Part shown: in pieces, positions 11,895 through 24,620 of the stretch
How the letters are laid out: every line of letters begins with the position of its first letter
Numbering within the stretch: position 1 is the first letter of the stretch
NCBI RefSeq assembly: GCF_009914755.1
Contig: NC_060926.1
DNA: 64,000 bases
Reading direction: 5' to 3' (one strand)
From: the human T2T-CHM13v2.0 reference genome, Homo sapiens
Translations under genes and position numbers: made by a program
Notes under the pieces: model-generated
Told to the model about the DNA's origin: nothing
Database searches by the model: none
The model's input: only the letters and a program-made list of their open reading frames with translations

Positions 11895-12459
11895 CTGCAG
11901 GGAGAGACAGGTGGTCAAAAGAGGCAACTCCTGCATCCAAGAGCCGCTTGTTTTCCCCACCCCTGCTCCCTCAGACCTGCAGAGCACTCTGGCCAAAGAG
12001 CACCTTTGTCCTGGAGGGAAGACAAGCCTCTTCCCCCTGCCATCCTGTGCCGAGAAGCTTTCAGGAAAAGAGTGTTTCAGCATCTCTCCAACTGTGCAGG
12101 GCCGCACTCAGCCCAGGCTTTAAAGTTCAGCAGCCTGGGAGCCCAGCTCAGGTCTACCACTTATGAGCCCCGTGTCCTGGTACAAGTTCCTGAATCTCTC
12201 TGAACTTCATTCTCCTCACCCATCAAATGAGGGTGATAATTGCCCCTTCCTCAAAGGTGACTATGGAGATGAAGTGAGGGAATATCCATAAAGAGCTTGG
12301 CACTCATGGCACACAGTAGGGGTACAGGAGTGCAGTAAAGGTGCAGCCTCATCTTTGCTTATCATTAAGCAAAGGTGAGACTGACTTGGGTTGCTCGAAG
12401 TCCTAAAACTACAGCCTCCTGGCAGGCCCTCCACAGAAGATTCTACCATCCTCACAGAG

Positions 12460-13269
<810 letters not shown>

Positions 13270-13796
13270 TAACAAAACGAATGGGTGAATCCCTCTGCCT
13301 CTCTGCAGAGTGGGATTGGAAAGGGAGTCAGTGACTGGATGTTCTTTATTCTTGTTCCAAACACCTAGGTAGGAAGAGGGCCCTGTTGTCCAGAGGCAGA
13401 GGAATAGATGAGACAACTTCTAGACTGTTTTGCCAGACCCAGATCTGATCCGACATTTCTTTCTGACTCCCTTCCTGCTGGCCCAGGGAAAAAGAAGGCA
13501 GTTTGGCAAGGAAAAGTGGCTCCGAGGAGCTGGCCGCATGGGTTGCTCAGGACAGGGCCTGCCTCCCAAGGCTGCCCCACCAGAACCCCTGATAGAGAAG
13601 TGGACTCTCCTCCCTCCCGCCCTCTGTCCACAGGCTCCTGCCTCAGAGCCAGGGGCCCCTTCCCCCGTCCTCATCGCTTCTCATTCCCTCTGTGCGTATC
13701 CCCTCACTCCAGGGAGCAGAGAGGCTGTGGGTGGATGAGAGGAGGGGGGTCACACTGTCGATGTTCAGAGGATGGGAGGCTCCAGGCCCCTCTTAC

Positions 13797-13861
13797 CTGG
13801 CAGAAATGTTGCTGTAGTGCATGTAAGCCGCGATGACAACTCCTATCCTGCCTCGGTTTCC
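13797..13861 (-). CDS. TNS1: TNS1 coding exon [21 protein letters not shown](S), PTP domain
   Basis: Acceptor ctttcag|GGA, donor AG|gtaaga; 65 nt. Confidence 0.96.
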
Positions 13862-14220
13862 CTGAAAGAGCCCCAAACACAAAATCATTTATTTCTAAGG
13901 CCAGCCTTGCTGCCCCAGAGCTTATCTAGAAGCCTTGGTGGAAAAGAGTCAGGGCTGGAGAGAGGGGTGTGGATTTAAGGGAGAACATAAGGAGGAAGGG
14001 GGCCTCAGGGGAGGGAGGCAGGTGGGGACTAAGTCTCAGAAAAAACACAGCTGATCATCCACTGCCGTGGACATAAGCTGATGTCCCCTACACTTCTTAG
14101 AAGTGCCGCCCAAGACAGAACCTATTATCCCCTAGAAAGAAAAATACACACAGACTTATATGCTCGCAAAATCCAAAGATATAGGCAGGTACACACAATC
14201 ATCCAAGGACACATTCAGGC

Positions 14221-14238
14221 ACACACACATGTGCGCAT

Positions 14239-14275
<37 letters not shown>
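14221..14275. repeat. (CA)n with a (CG)n/(TG)n core; alternating purine-pyrimidine tract
   Basis: acacacacatgtgcgcatgtgcgcgcgcgcacacacacac... Confidence 0.95.
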
Positions 14276-14283
14276 GCTCTGAC

Positions 14284-14406
14284 CTTGTTGTGTAGAACAA
14301 CGACATTGTGAGGGTCTGCATTGAGCCATGTGTCCATGGCCTTACAGATGCTGCAGATCTTCTCCAGGGCTGGGGTGTGGAGGTCGGGCCAGCCAAATTC
14401 CAGTAC
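14284..14406 (-). CDS. TNS1: TNS1 coding exon [44 protein letters not shown] domain
   Basis: Acceptor ccacag|GTA, donor AAG|gtcaga; 123 nt; WPD-loop equivalent; peptide in ORF 14215..14475. Confidence 0.96.
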
Positions 14407-15122
14407 CTGTGGCCCAAGCCATGAGTGAGAAGAGGGCAGAAGCCCTGCAGAGCCAAACAAGCCAGCGGGAGCCACCTACGCCACGTGCCAGTACCTGGGC
14501 AGTGGCCCGCAGCTGCTGGTTCCTGCCAGGACTTGGTTCCTCCCTGCCCACTGGCCAGCGAGGAGGCAGGGGAGTGAAGGGCAAAGGCCATGCATGACCC
14601 AGTACTGGGGACCCTGGTCCCGGGTCTTGGCCCTGGCACTGACTCACTGTGGGGCCTTAGGCCTCAGGTCCTCTTCCAGCCTCAATTTCCCCATATGTGT
14701 GTTAAAAAAACAAACAAAAAGAAAGGCTTGGAGCTGATGACCCCAAGGTCCCTACCATAGGACTGACCTCCAACATGCTGAGGGGCCCCAAGCACTGTCC
14801 TCAAGCTCTTCTCCTACGGACAGCCCTGAGGCCTGGCTCAGGCTGCGAGAGGAAAAAGCAAAAGGCTGCCTGATGTTCATGACTCTTTTCTAGGCCCTGG
14901 TCACACAAACCATCCACTTTCCAGGCCAGCCAAGAGCAGCCTTAAGGACACAAAGGGCAGACCTGAACAGCAGGCTTCGGGCCTCTCAAAATCTTTCTAG
15001 ACTCACCAACTTTAAAGTAAAAGAGAACTCTGCAAGGACCCATAGAGCACACCTAATCCAGCCAGGCCACTTTCAGAGGGGCACACTGAGGCCCAGAGAA
15101 GTCCATCACCCACCCAGGATCA

Positions 15123-15581
<459 letters not shown>

Positions 15582-15850
15582 CTAAACATCTCACAACTCC
15601 AGCCTCACCCAAGTGATTCTGTGTACTCCCCAGCAGGCAGACCTGGGTGGAAAGTCACTGCCCCAAGCTTTGCTTTCTGTAATTGGCATTGTGGAAATGA
15701 TAAGTAGATCATTTTCCATTTTCCAGATATAAGTCGGCACTCTGACAAACTGTCACAGCATTTTCCCCAAGATTATTATGTGGGAACTCCAGAGAGGGAG
15801 TCCATCTGTTCTCCTTCTCCTCCCCTACCCCAAAACAGCCCCTGGCTCAC

Positions 15851-15901
15851 CTTGGCATGGAGCTTCGTGATGTCAGGTCTCCGCTCAGAGAGGTTGAACA
15901 G
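15851..15901 (-). CDS. TNS1: TNS1 coding exon LFNLSERRPDITKLHAK
   Basis: Acceptor ttctag|CTG, donor AAG|gtgagc; 51 nt, phase 0-0. Confidence 0.96.
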
Positions 15902-17109
15902 CTAGAAGGAGCAAAAGGAAGAGAGCATGAGGAGGTGAGGGTGAGGAGGGCGGCGAGGAGAGAGAGAACCATGGCCTGCTGGTCCCAGAAAGGACCGTGG
16001 CATCATTGCCAACTTCCTCTGAAGAGCCCACGACAGCATCCAGCAGAGCGTCAATGTCCTCTCACGGCCAGGGGCCTGGCCACGGAACAGCCATGAGCTC
16101 CCTGGACCTCCTGTGCCTGCTCTCGCTCTCTCTCCCCGATAGGAATTCTATCCATACGTGAACATGCAGGTGAGTCCCAGCAGACACACCGTCACGAAGA
16201 GGAACTCAACTGTAGGTCCTCAGGATGAAAAGGGAGAGAGAGAGAGATGTAGACACTCAGCCACCCTGTTCCGTGAGCGGATGTCCCGAATGGAAGACGA
16301 GAAGGGGATGGAACTTGTCTCCAGTTCCGCTTGCCTCTCACCACACCGAACGGGAATCCAGCTGTGTGAGATGATAAGTAGTTGGCAATCTCTGGTTTCC
16401 ACTTCATACCTTGACCCTAGAACCTCATCCCATGAGGTTGCAACCTCTCTGTCACCAGACTTCCTCCATCAGAGGGGCAAACCATCCTGGGTGGGCCCAA
16501 TCAGACCCTTGACATACCTCTCCCAGCACATGCCTTTCAACGCCTGACCACTGGGGTCCCATTCCTGACCACTGGAATCCTAAGGAATTCTCCAGTCTCT
16601 GGAATTCCTGCCTCTACCTCCGAGGGGGGCATGCAGAACTTCCCACCTCCACCCCACTGCCTAGGAAACTCAAAGGCACTGTGTCATCTCCTGGGGAGAA
16701 AAGGGGACAGCCCAGTCTGGAATAGGCAGGATAGAGAGAGGGGTGGCAGGGCACCAAGTCCCATAGAACCCTGGACTCCTAAAATCAGAAATAGGTGGAT
16801 TTGCATCCACTCTTGCACTCTGTAAAGGAATACACTTTATTATGGTACAATAGCCATCACTCAATGAATGTCTGCCACCTGTCAGCCTGTCTTAAGGACT
16901 TTACATCTAACAGCTGGCTTAATTCTCTCAACAACAATAAGAGGTAGACCTCAGACCCACTTTACGGACACAGAAGCTAGGGCTTAGTGAGGCTAAACAG
17001 CTAAGATCATGTAGTTAGTAAAGGCAGAGCCAGAATTTGAACCCAGGACTTTCTGAGGTTTAAAGCCAAGCTCTTAACAATGCCCCAATGCAGCTAACAG
17101 GTGGGTCTC

Positions 17110-17915
17110 TATAGTGGTTGAATAGTATCCTCAAAACGTCATGTCCACCCAGAACTTCAGAATACAACCTTATTTGGAAATAGTGCCTTTGCCAGTGTAA
17201 GTAGTTAAGGATCTCAATATGACATCAACCTGGATCTAGGGTGGACCCTAAGTCCAATAATTGATGTCCTTGTAGGAAGAGAAGACACACAGAGAGACAC
17301 TGAAGAAGGCCACGTGGAGATGGAGGTAGAGATTGGAGTGATGCGCTACAAACCAAGGAATCCCACCGCAAGCTAGGAAAAGGCAAGAAGGGATTCTCTG
17401 CCATAGGATTCAGAGGGAGCATGGCCCCGTCAACACCTTGATTTCAGATTTCCAGCCTTCAGAACTGTGAGAGAATAAATTTCTGTTATTTTGAGCCACC
17501 AGATTTGAGGTAGAGTCATCACTTGGTGTCTATGGAGGATTTGGATCTAGGACCCCTCCACCCCGCCATGGATAGTGGATACCAAAATCCATGGGTGCTC
17601 AGGTCTCTTACATAAAATATGTACTATTTACATATAACTTGCATATAAAAAATGTACTATTTGCATATAACTTATGCATATACTTCCGTAGACTTTAAAT
17701 CATCTCTAGGTTACTTGTAATACCTAATACAATATAAACGCTCTGCAAATAGTTGTTCTGCTGTATTGTTTTTATTTGTATTGTTTTTTATTGTTATTTA
17801 CTGTTGGGTTTTTTCTGAATATTTTCAACTCATGATGGATTGAGTCCAAAGAGGTGAAACCCATGGATAGAAAGGGCCACCTCATTTGCTACAGTGGCCC
17901 TGGGAAACTAATGCA
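17110..17915 (+). mobile_element. MLT1 (MaLR) solo LTR split by a MER2-family insertion
   Basis: MLT1 hallmarks (ccttatttggaaatag, agaactgtgagagaataaatttctgtt, terminal ggaaactaatgca); flanks gtctc / gcctc are TSD-like. Confidence 0.82.
17513..17882 (+). mobile_element. MER2/MER2B (TcMar-Tigger) non-autonomous DNA transposon
   Basis: ggataccaaaatcc..gctcag, actttaaatcatctctag, taatacctaatacaat; preceded by TA. Confidence 0.8.
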
Positions 17916-18642
17916 GCCTCCTACATCCCACCTCAAACACCCTGGGGACAGCCACCTGAGGTTGTACAGATCAGATCTGTGGGTCCAGTCCACAGGCACC
18001 TCCCTCTAAAATGGACCTGAGCCCTCCTCTGGGGCCAAGGACGGATCAGCCTTTCTGCGTTAGTGGAGACCACCGCCAGCACCTCTCTCCCGTGTGCCAA
18101 GGTGACTCCTCTGGGCCAGGCCGAGCCAGGTGCCAGCAACCCAGGGTCCCTTAAGACACATGTTGCCAAGACTCTGCCCTCAGACTTCTCAGAGGCACCG
18201 ACCCTGTGCCAGCTCTGCCACTTCCTGACCCTGCAACCTTAGGCAAATAACCCCACCTCTCTGTGCTCTGGCAAGTGCCTGCTTGCTAGGGCTGCTGCAA
18301 AGGTTAAGTGCGTGGAAAGCAGTTGGAACAGGGCCTGGCTAGTAGCAAGCGCTCAATAACCTGAACTCTTATTGGTACTCTCTTCTCCTGGCCAGCACAC
18401 ACATGCACACACAGAGTTCCAGATGCTACATTCCAGCTGCAGCACACTCCTTAGAGGAGAGCTGGGCTGGAGAGTGATTGAAGACTCAGGCACGAGAGCT
18501 GCCTGAGGGGAAAGGCAGATAAACAAAGAGAAGAGGGCATGCTGGCACAGGGGCTGGTGGCAGGGATACCAGTCATGTAGAGGTGGTGAGCAGATGGAAG
18601 CATAGAGGGCACAGGACAGTGGGCACGAGGATCCATCCTCAC

Positions 18643-18814
18643 CAGGTAGTTGCCTCCATGTTTGGACTTGAGCATCTGCGCCACCTCACGGAGGTTGCTC
18701 CGGAAGTTCTCCTCATTGGCTGTGCTGGGGAAGGAGACAGCGATGATCCTCTCTGTGACGTACACCAGGTCCAGCTCACAGCTGTCCTCCATGGTCCGGC
18801 TCACACTCATGTTT
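18643..18814 (-). CDS. TNS1: TNS1 exon carrying the canonical start codon (ATG at 18810): [56 protein letters not shown]
   Basis: Acceptor ccctag|AAAC ATG, donor CTG|gtgagg; matches the tensin-1 N-terminus; PTEN-like LDLxYxTxRIIA motif. Confidence 0.97.
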
Positions 18815-21307
18815 CTAGGGAGACAGCAGGCAGCGGAGGGTCCATATCAGAATCCAGCCCACAGGGAAGGCCCCAGATAGCTGCACCCCATACACACCCT
18901 GTGTGACCCCCATATGCAGCCCAGGGTGCTTGGCTGCTCTTCAACCCAAGGCCAAGGCCACAGGCTTCCTCTGGCAAGGCCAATGTGGCCGGCTTGGGAG
19001 TGCCGGCGAGAACAAGCTGGGTAGGGCTGGCAAGGACCTCAGGCCATTTCAGAACCAAACTGTGATGACACCAATTCTTGGTTCCCATCAGTCCTTTGGC
19101 CACTGCCTTCAACCTGTGACTCCAGAGCTCAGAGCCAGGGCCAGACTGGCCCAGGAACCCAGGAGCTCTGGCTCCCAACACTGGCTGCCTGGCCAGGCAG
19201 AAGTCTCCCGAAAGGCCCCAGACTGCTCTGGAAGAGGAAGGAGAGCCTGCGCTGGGCGCTCTCCAGCCCTGGAACGGAGACTTCCCACTGCCCGCCCCTA
19301 GCTCTCGAGCTGTGGAGTGGGCGGGAAACCTCTCAGGGGAGGGGGCATCTCAGGTGACACGTTCACCTGGGTTCCAGGTAAGCCAGACCACAGCACACAT
19401 TCCAGCCCTCCCGGAGGCAGGCCAACTCCTGCCCTTTGTTCCTTGGCCTTCTCCCCACCTCTGGCAGCTCCCACTGCCTGCCAGAGCTGCTTCTTGGCAG
19501 CAGCCTCCCTGATTTCTAAGGGCCCAGAAAACAAGAGGGCACAGAGCCCTTGTTGCTGCAGTGGCGGGCAGCCGCCAGCACCATGCGTTTCCCGGAGAGG
19601 TGGGGAGGCCCCTGGGCTGGCCATCCTCTCCACTGGGCACTGGGTGAGGAAGGGAGGGGCTCGCATCTTTACATCTCTCCCAACTTTTCTTCCAGAGGAA
19701 GGGTCCAGGATGCCCACTTGGGAAGCCCACCTCTTGCTTCTAGAAGCACCTCCCCCATCCCTCCAGCTTTTTCCCCAATCATTGACCTCCTAGTGTCTCG
19801 CTTCCCCCTCTATCAAATGCAGGCAGCACTGACATTTCATTCTGCTAACCTTTCACCACAGCGGGATAAAGTGGAGAGTGGAGGGCAGCGAAAGGAATAC
19901 CACTGGGGTATTTAAAAGTGATGAGGGCTCTCTGGCACTAGACAGAACAAGCCCCCAGATGCTGAGAAGCCATGAGGAATCCAGACCTCCACCAGGGTTC
20001 AATCCCAGTCCAGGTGGGGTGTGGAGATGGGGCAGCCAAGGATGAGGCATGGCAGGACCTCTCTGTTGGGATGACAGGGGCCTGAGTGGGACTGGGGACC
20101 AGCACCCAGAGATAAGGAGCCCGGTTTGAGTTTGACTCTGAGTCCCAGCTACTTCTTGTCCCTATGGAAAGCTTCTCATTGCAGCTGTGGGGGAGAAGTT
20201 TCTATCTCAAGCCAACTGCCTACCCAAGGACAGTTCTTGTAGGTGGTGACCAGTCTGGGACAAGAAGCCACACGCACACATACCTGCAAGCAAGTGGGTG
20301 TGAGGGCGGGGAGCCTCAGCTAACTTGCAGCATCCCCTCCTCCCCATCCTCCAAAACCCCTCTCTGTTCTGGCTCCAAGGAAGAAACTAGAATGTCAGAA
20401 AAACTCGCAAGCCAAGCTCCTGTGATTTCAGCCTCTCCCTCAGCACAGGAAGGGGAGCAAGAGGGGCCGTGCTGGTGAGGGCCATGAGTCAGACGTGGCC
20501 CATCTGGGGCACTGACCCGCCCCTGTCTACAGGCTGGATCCCAGGAAGGACGCAAATGCAGAACAGTGCCACCAGCCGGACAGCCTCAGCATCACACTCT
20601 GCATCCACCTGCCCAGGTCTAAGGGAAGGAGGGGATCCTCTAAGGAGCCACCTCCAGTCTGTGGACAGCTGGCAGCTGGGCCAGAAACTTCCAGGGGCTT
20701 CAACTCTACTGCAGGGCTGGCATCCCCAATCATCTCAGGAGCCTCAGTGGGTGAAGGTGAGGCAGAGAGGGCAAAACAAACTCTCTGGATCGCCAGGACA
20801 CAAAGTCCCTTGTGCATCCCCTTCCCCCGGCCCCTGCCAGCCCAGCCAGATAGGGAACTTCCCTTTCATAAATGACTCTGCCCAGTCAGAATCCTGTCTG
20901 CAGAGAGGAAGAGATCCAGCACAGGCCTCAATGCTCATCAGCCCTAAACGCAAATCCAAGTGCTGCCTCTTGGTGGCTGTGTGACCTTTACAAGTCACCT
21001 CATCTCTCTGAAATGCTGCTCTACCAAAGGGAATAAAATACGTACCTTGCGGGGTTGTTGCAAGGACTAGATGAGCTCATGCAGGTAAATAAAGACTCAG
21101 CTCAAGGGCTGGCTAAGAGCTCAAAACACAACTGTTGCCAACGGCATCCGCACGCATCCTCTCCTGTGCCTTTCACGTTTGCCCACACTCCCCACCCGTG
21201 GCTTTATGGCTGCAGTCCGGGGGACCCAGAGGCAAGACTTAACAGGGACACCCACAGTGACCCCCCTGCTTGCACTCCCGCCCCCTGCCCCCACGGGCCA
21301 GGCATAC

Positions 21308-21357
21308 CTGATGGGCTGGAGGTGGGGCTGGACACTCGGGGTGACCCTGGTGGAGCC
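21308..21357 (-). CDS. TNS1: TNS1 upstream exon GSTRVTPSVQPHLQPI(R); coding in long isoforms, 5'UTR in short ones
   Basis: Acceptor ttcccag|GGC, donor AG|gtatgc; 50 nt; AG+A AAC ATG joins in frame to the start exon. Confidence 0.92.
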
Positions 21358-21473
21358 CTGGGAAGGAGAGAAGAGAAGCAGCATTATGCAGGGGTGGGCA
21401 GGATGGCAGGAGGAGCACACCAGAGAGCTGTCCACGGGGGCAAACATGATCCTCTTCTTTCCTTGCCAACATT
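21358..21473 (-). ncRNA. MIR6809: pre-miR-6809, a 5'-tailed mirtron-type hairpin ending at the splice acceptor
   Basis: Minus strand has UGGCAAGGAAAGAAGAGGAUCA (21447-21468) and CUUCUCUUCUCUCCUUCCCAG (21358-21378). These are complementary arms that I recognise as miR-6809-5p/-3p; the 3p arm ends in the acceptor AG. Confidence 0.85.
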
Positions 21474-23132
21474 CTGGCCCTGCCACCCTAACCCCTGCAA
21501 AAACACAGCCTGCCCGAAGCCAAAGCCATCAACACTGATTCCACGTGAGTGTGCCTGCCTGTGTGCAAGCCCCAGAGGGACAAAAGGAAGAATCCCGAAT
21601 GCTGAGGAGTGCACCCCACTGGGCTGGTGCCATCCACACTGAGGGCACACTCAACAGTTACTGAATCAATGGAAACACACTTCACTTTGATACACTCGCC
21701 AACACAAGAGAAACCCCAGGAGGAGAATACGACTGCCACCACAAAAGGAGCGATGAGAGTAATGGCGCCCCTCTGTCTTGCCACCATCACCCCACACTTC
21801 TCTGCTTGAAAGCTGTAACATCAAGTCATTCAATTGAGTTTAGAGACCAGAACAGGCAGGTGGAGCATGCAGGAACCAAGACGAGGCCTAAGACAGTGAG
21901 CCATGCTCCTGAGGGCCCACTCCCCACTGTCTGTGGCAGACAGTAACCATCTCACCCACTCCCCTTTTCACAGCTGTCGAGTGGTACAAACTTAAGCAAA
22001 TGGGCCCAATCCATCCCAGGGCAGCAGGATGGCATGGCGGGTGTGAAAGCACAGGGTCAGAGGCCCACAGACCACAGAGTTTGGATTCCAGGATCCTGCT
22101 GGGCAGCCCTGCCAGTTACTTAACCCCTCTGAGCCTCTTGTAATGTCACATGTAAAATGGGACAACCTTCAGGCTGGCAGTGAGGATCCAAAGGAGTTAT
22201 GCATATAAGGCACTTCGCATCATGCCTGGTATTTACCAGATGACAGCTGTTGTTTTTGTTGTTACTTTTGTATCAAGAAAAATGAAAAGGGTAGTTACAA
22301 CCAAACATTCACCTCTATAGAAAACCAACACCCTGCATCGCCTCTACCCATCCTTCCAGTCACCTCACAGGATGCAGAATTGGGAAGGCCAGTTTCTAGA
22401 TTCTCAGACCTCCTGAGCCCATTGACACCTTCCAAACACCCATGTGCCTCTCAGAAAATGGTCTTTTCCTACCGCCAAGTTGCAGCCTCTTCTTTAAAGA
22501 GACAGGACCACAATCTGCCAAGAAAGGAAGAAACTGAGGCACAGAATAACTTACCCTCAAGTCCCTGGGAAGTTGACGGCCAGGCAGGATTCACACTCCA
22601 ACCTGGGGCTTGACCACGGGGTCTCCAAGAAGAGGAGCCCCTGCACCCCTCTCCTGGCTCCGCAGTGCCTACGAGGCAGGATAGGTGGGTTCCGAGGTCC
22701 AGCTCCCAGCTGAGCCCCAAGTTAGAGCAGCTCTGCTAAGAGGGGGACCCTCCATCCAGCTGTCCGGAAGAAGGCTCTGCCCAGAGTCCCAGCTGCCTCG
22801 GACCAATGAGCAGCTCCTCAGCAGTGAAGGAGGGAAGAGCCAAGTGGGGCTACTGGGGGGAAGTTTCTAAGTCTCACAGCTCTTCTGGCCCTGAGGACTC
22901 CAGTTTGCATGAGTCAAGCTTGGGGGTGGGGGGATTAGACAGGGGTGGAGCTGGGAGTCAACGAGTGACTGTGTTTGGTTTTCAAGACCCAAACCAGGCT
23001 GTTCCAAAACTGCCCCCTCAGAGGAACACAGAAACCCAACAGTTCACCCATCTCCATTTCACTGGTCCCTAATGAGGAGTCCCTGAATCTCCCCAGGCCC
23101 TAGGCCCTGCTCCAGGCCCCAGGGCCACCCTG

Positions 23133-23142
23133 CTATAAATAG
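23133..23142. promoter_or_regulatory. Consensus MEF2 site, candidate
   Basis: CTATAAATAG fits CTA(A/T)4TAG, in non-repeat sequence. Confidence 0.45.
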
Positions 23143-24469
23143 CCCCTTGAGTTTCATCTGTTGCTGATCCGTAGCCACTTTTGGAGGAAGCCACCACAGC
23201 TGCTTTGAACAACTGGAAGCCACAACGGTAGCCAAGACGTGAGGTGTGGCCAGGAGCATGGGACCAGACCCAGGGAGCTGGAGAAAGACAATGGGCCATA
23301 TTGATATGGGCTTGGCAGGGGGAACTGGGGAACCAAGGGGGGCCGGGAGCCTGCAAAGGTGCAGGGGTAAGCAGGACAAGCAGGACAGGAGACCTGGCTC
23401 CCCTTTCCCCACCGCCCTCTTCCAAACATTACAACACTCCACATTCCTCAGCCTCCCCACCCCAAAAAAAGCCAGTGAAGATAAATAAAAACTTGGCCCA
23501 AACAGAGTCTGGCCAGGCCGCCTCCAGAGGTGATAAGGCAAAGTCCAAGCCCGCTCTGCTCCACCGGGCGGGGAGGGGAGGGGAGGCATGGGGAGGAAGC
23601 CACCCTGGACAGTGACCCCAGTGCAGAGGATGGGGGACGAACAGCTGGGACTGTCATCCCCTGATGAATCACTGGGCTGCCCTCTCACTGACGGGGCTTC
23701 CTGTTTTCTGCAAAGTTTGGGGGCACGTGACCCTTGCTGGCGGACAGCAGACATGCACGGTGACACGTCTGAGTGTCGGTACACACAGACAGACAGAACT
23801 CAGAGAACAACAAATGGGCTGGGGCAGGGGCACGGCATGTCAGCAAACACACCCTACTGCTCCAGAAACACAGGTGACCTCACACGAGGCTAGAGATGGT
23901 GCCTTTGGAAGCATGCCTCATCACGTAGGCTTTTTACAAGCACAGTGGGAGTAACACAAGGCATCCGGTCATCCCTGGGCCTCCAATCTTCATGCTCATT
24001 CTCTCATTCAGCAAACATCCACCGAGTGCCACCAGCTGTGTGCCCAGCCATGTTCTAGACACCAGGGGACAAAGGAAGTGAAGTCCCTGACCTCAGAGAG
24101 CTTATATTTTACAGACCATGATACTCATCACCATACCCAGTGTGAGGAGTAGAGGTTCCGTCTCATTTGTCCATCTGTAAAATGGGCACTGCACAGTGCT
24201 CACATAATCTTCTGCCTACTCCGCGTGGAGCCCCTAGGGAAAACGACTACAGGACTTTACAAACCTTATAAAAAGGAAAATAAGCTCTCTGCCTGCCTGT
24301 AATCCTATTCTTTTCCTCTCCGGGGATCACAAATCACCTTACCCAAATGGCTTTGAACTTCTTCCTGGCTCCTCTCAAGACACAGGTTGATTACAGAACT
24401 TTTCATCCAACTCTCTAAACACCAAACAGAACTCTCCCCATCCTTACCTCCAAAACACAATCCTTCCTT

Positions 24470-24620
24470 TGCTGAAAGGGCACCATGAAAGGAAATTCGA
24501 CAGCCTCCCAGACAGAGTGTCTTACTTTTCTCACTGTCAGGAATTTCCTCCTGGTATCTAACCCTCATCCTTCCTGCTGCAGATTCAGCCAACTCTTTTT
24601 GCCTTGGTCCTCATTGCAGG
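24470..24620 (-). mobile_element. Probable ancient L3/CR1 fragment
   Basis: ctcactgtcaggaatttcctcctggtatctaacc..ccttcctgctgcagattcag resembles reverse-complement CR1 3' sequence. Confidence 0.4.

Noticed and set aside
23059-23784. 241-aa ORF, the longest in the track
   Set aside because: Low-complexity Pro/Leu/Ser-rich translation typical of GC-rich intron, with overlapping ORFs in several frames and no homology recognised
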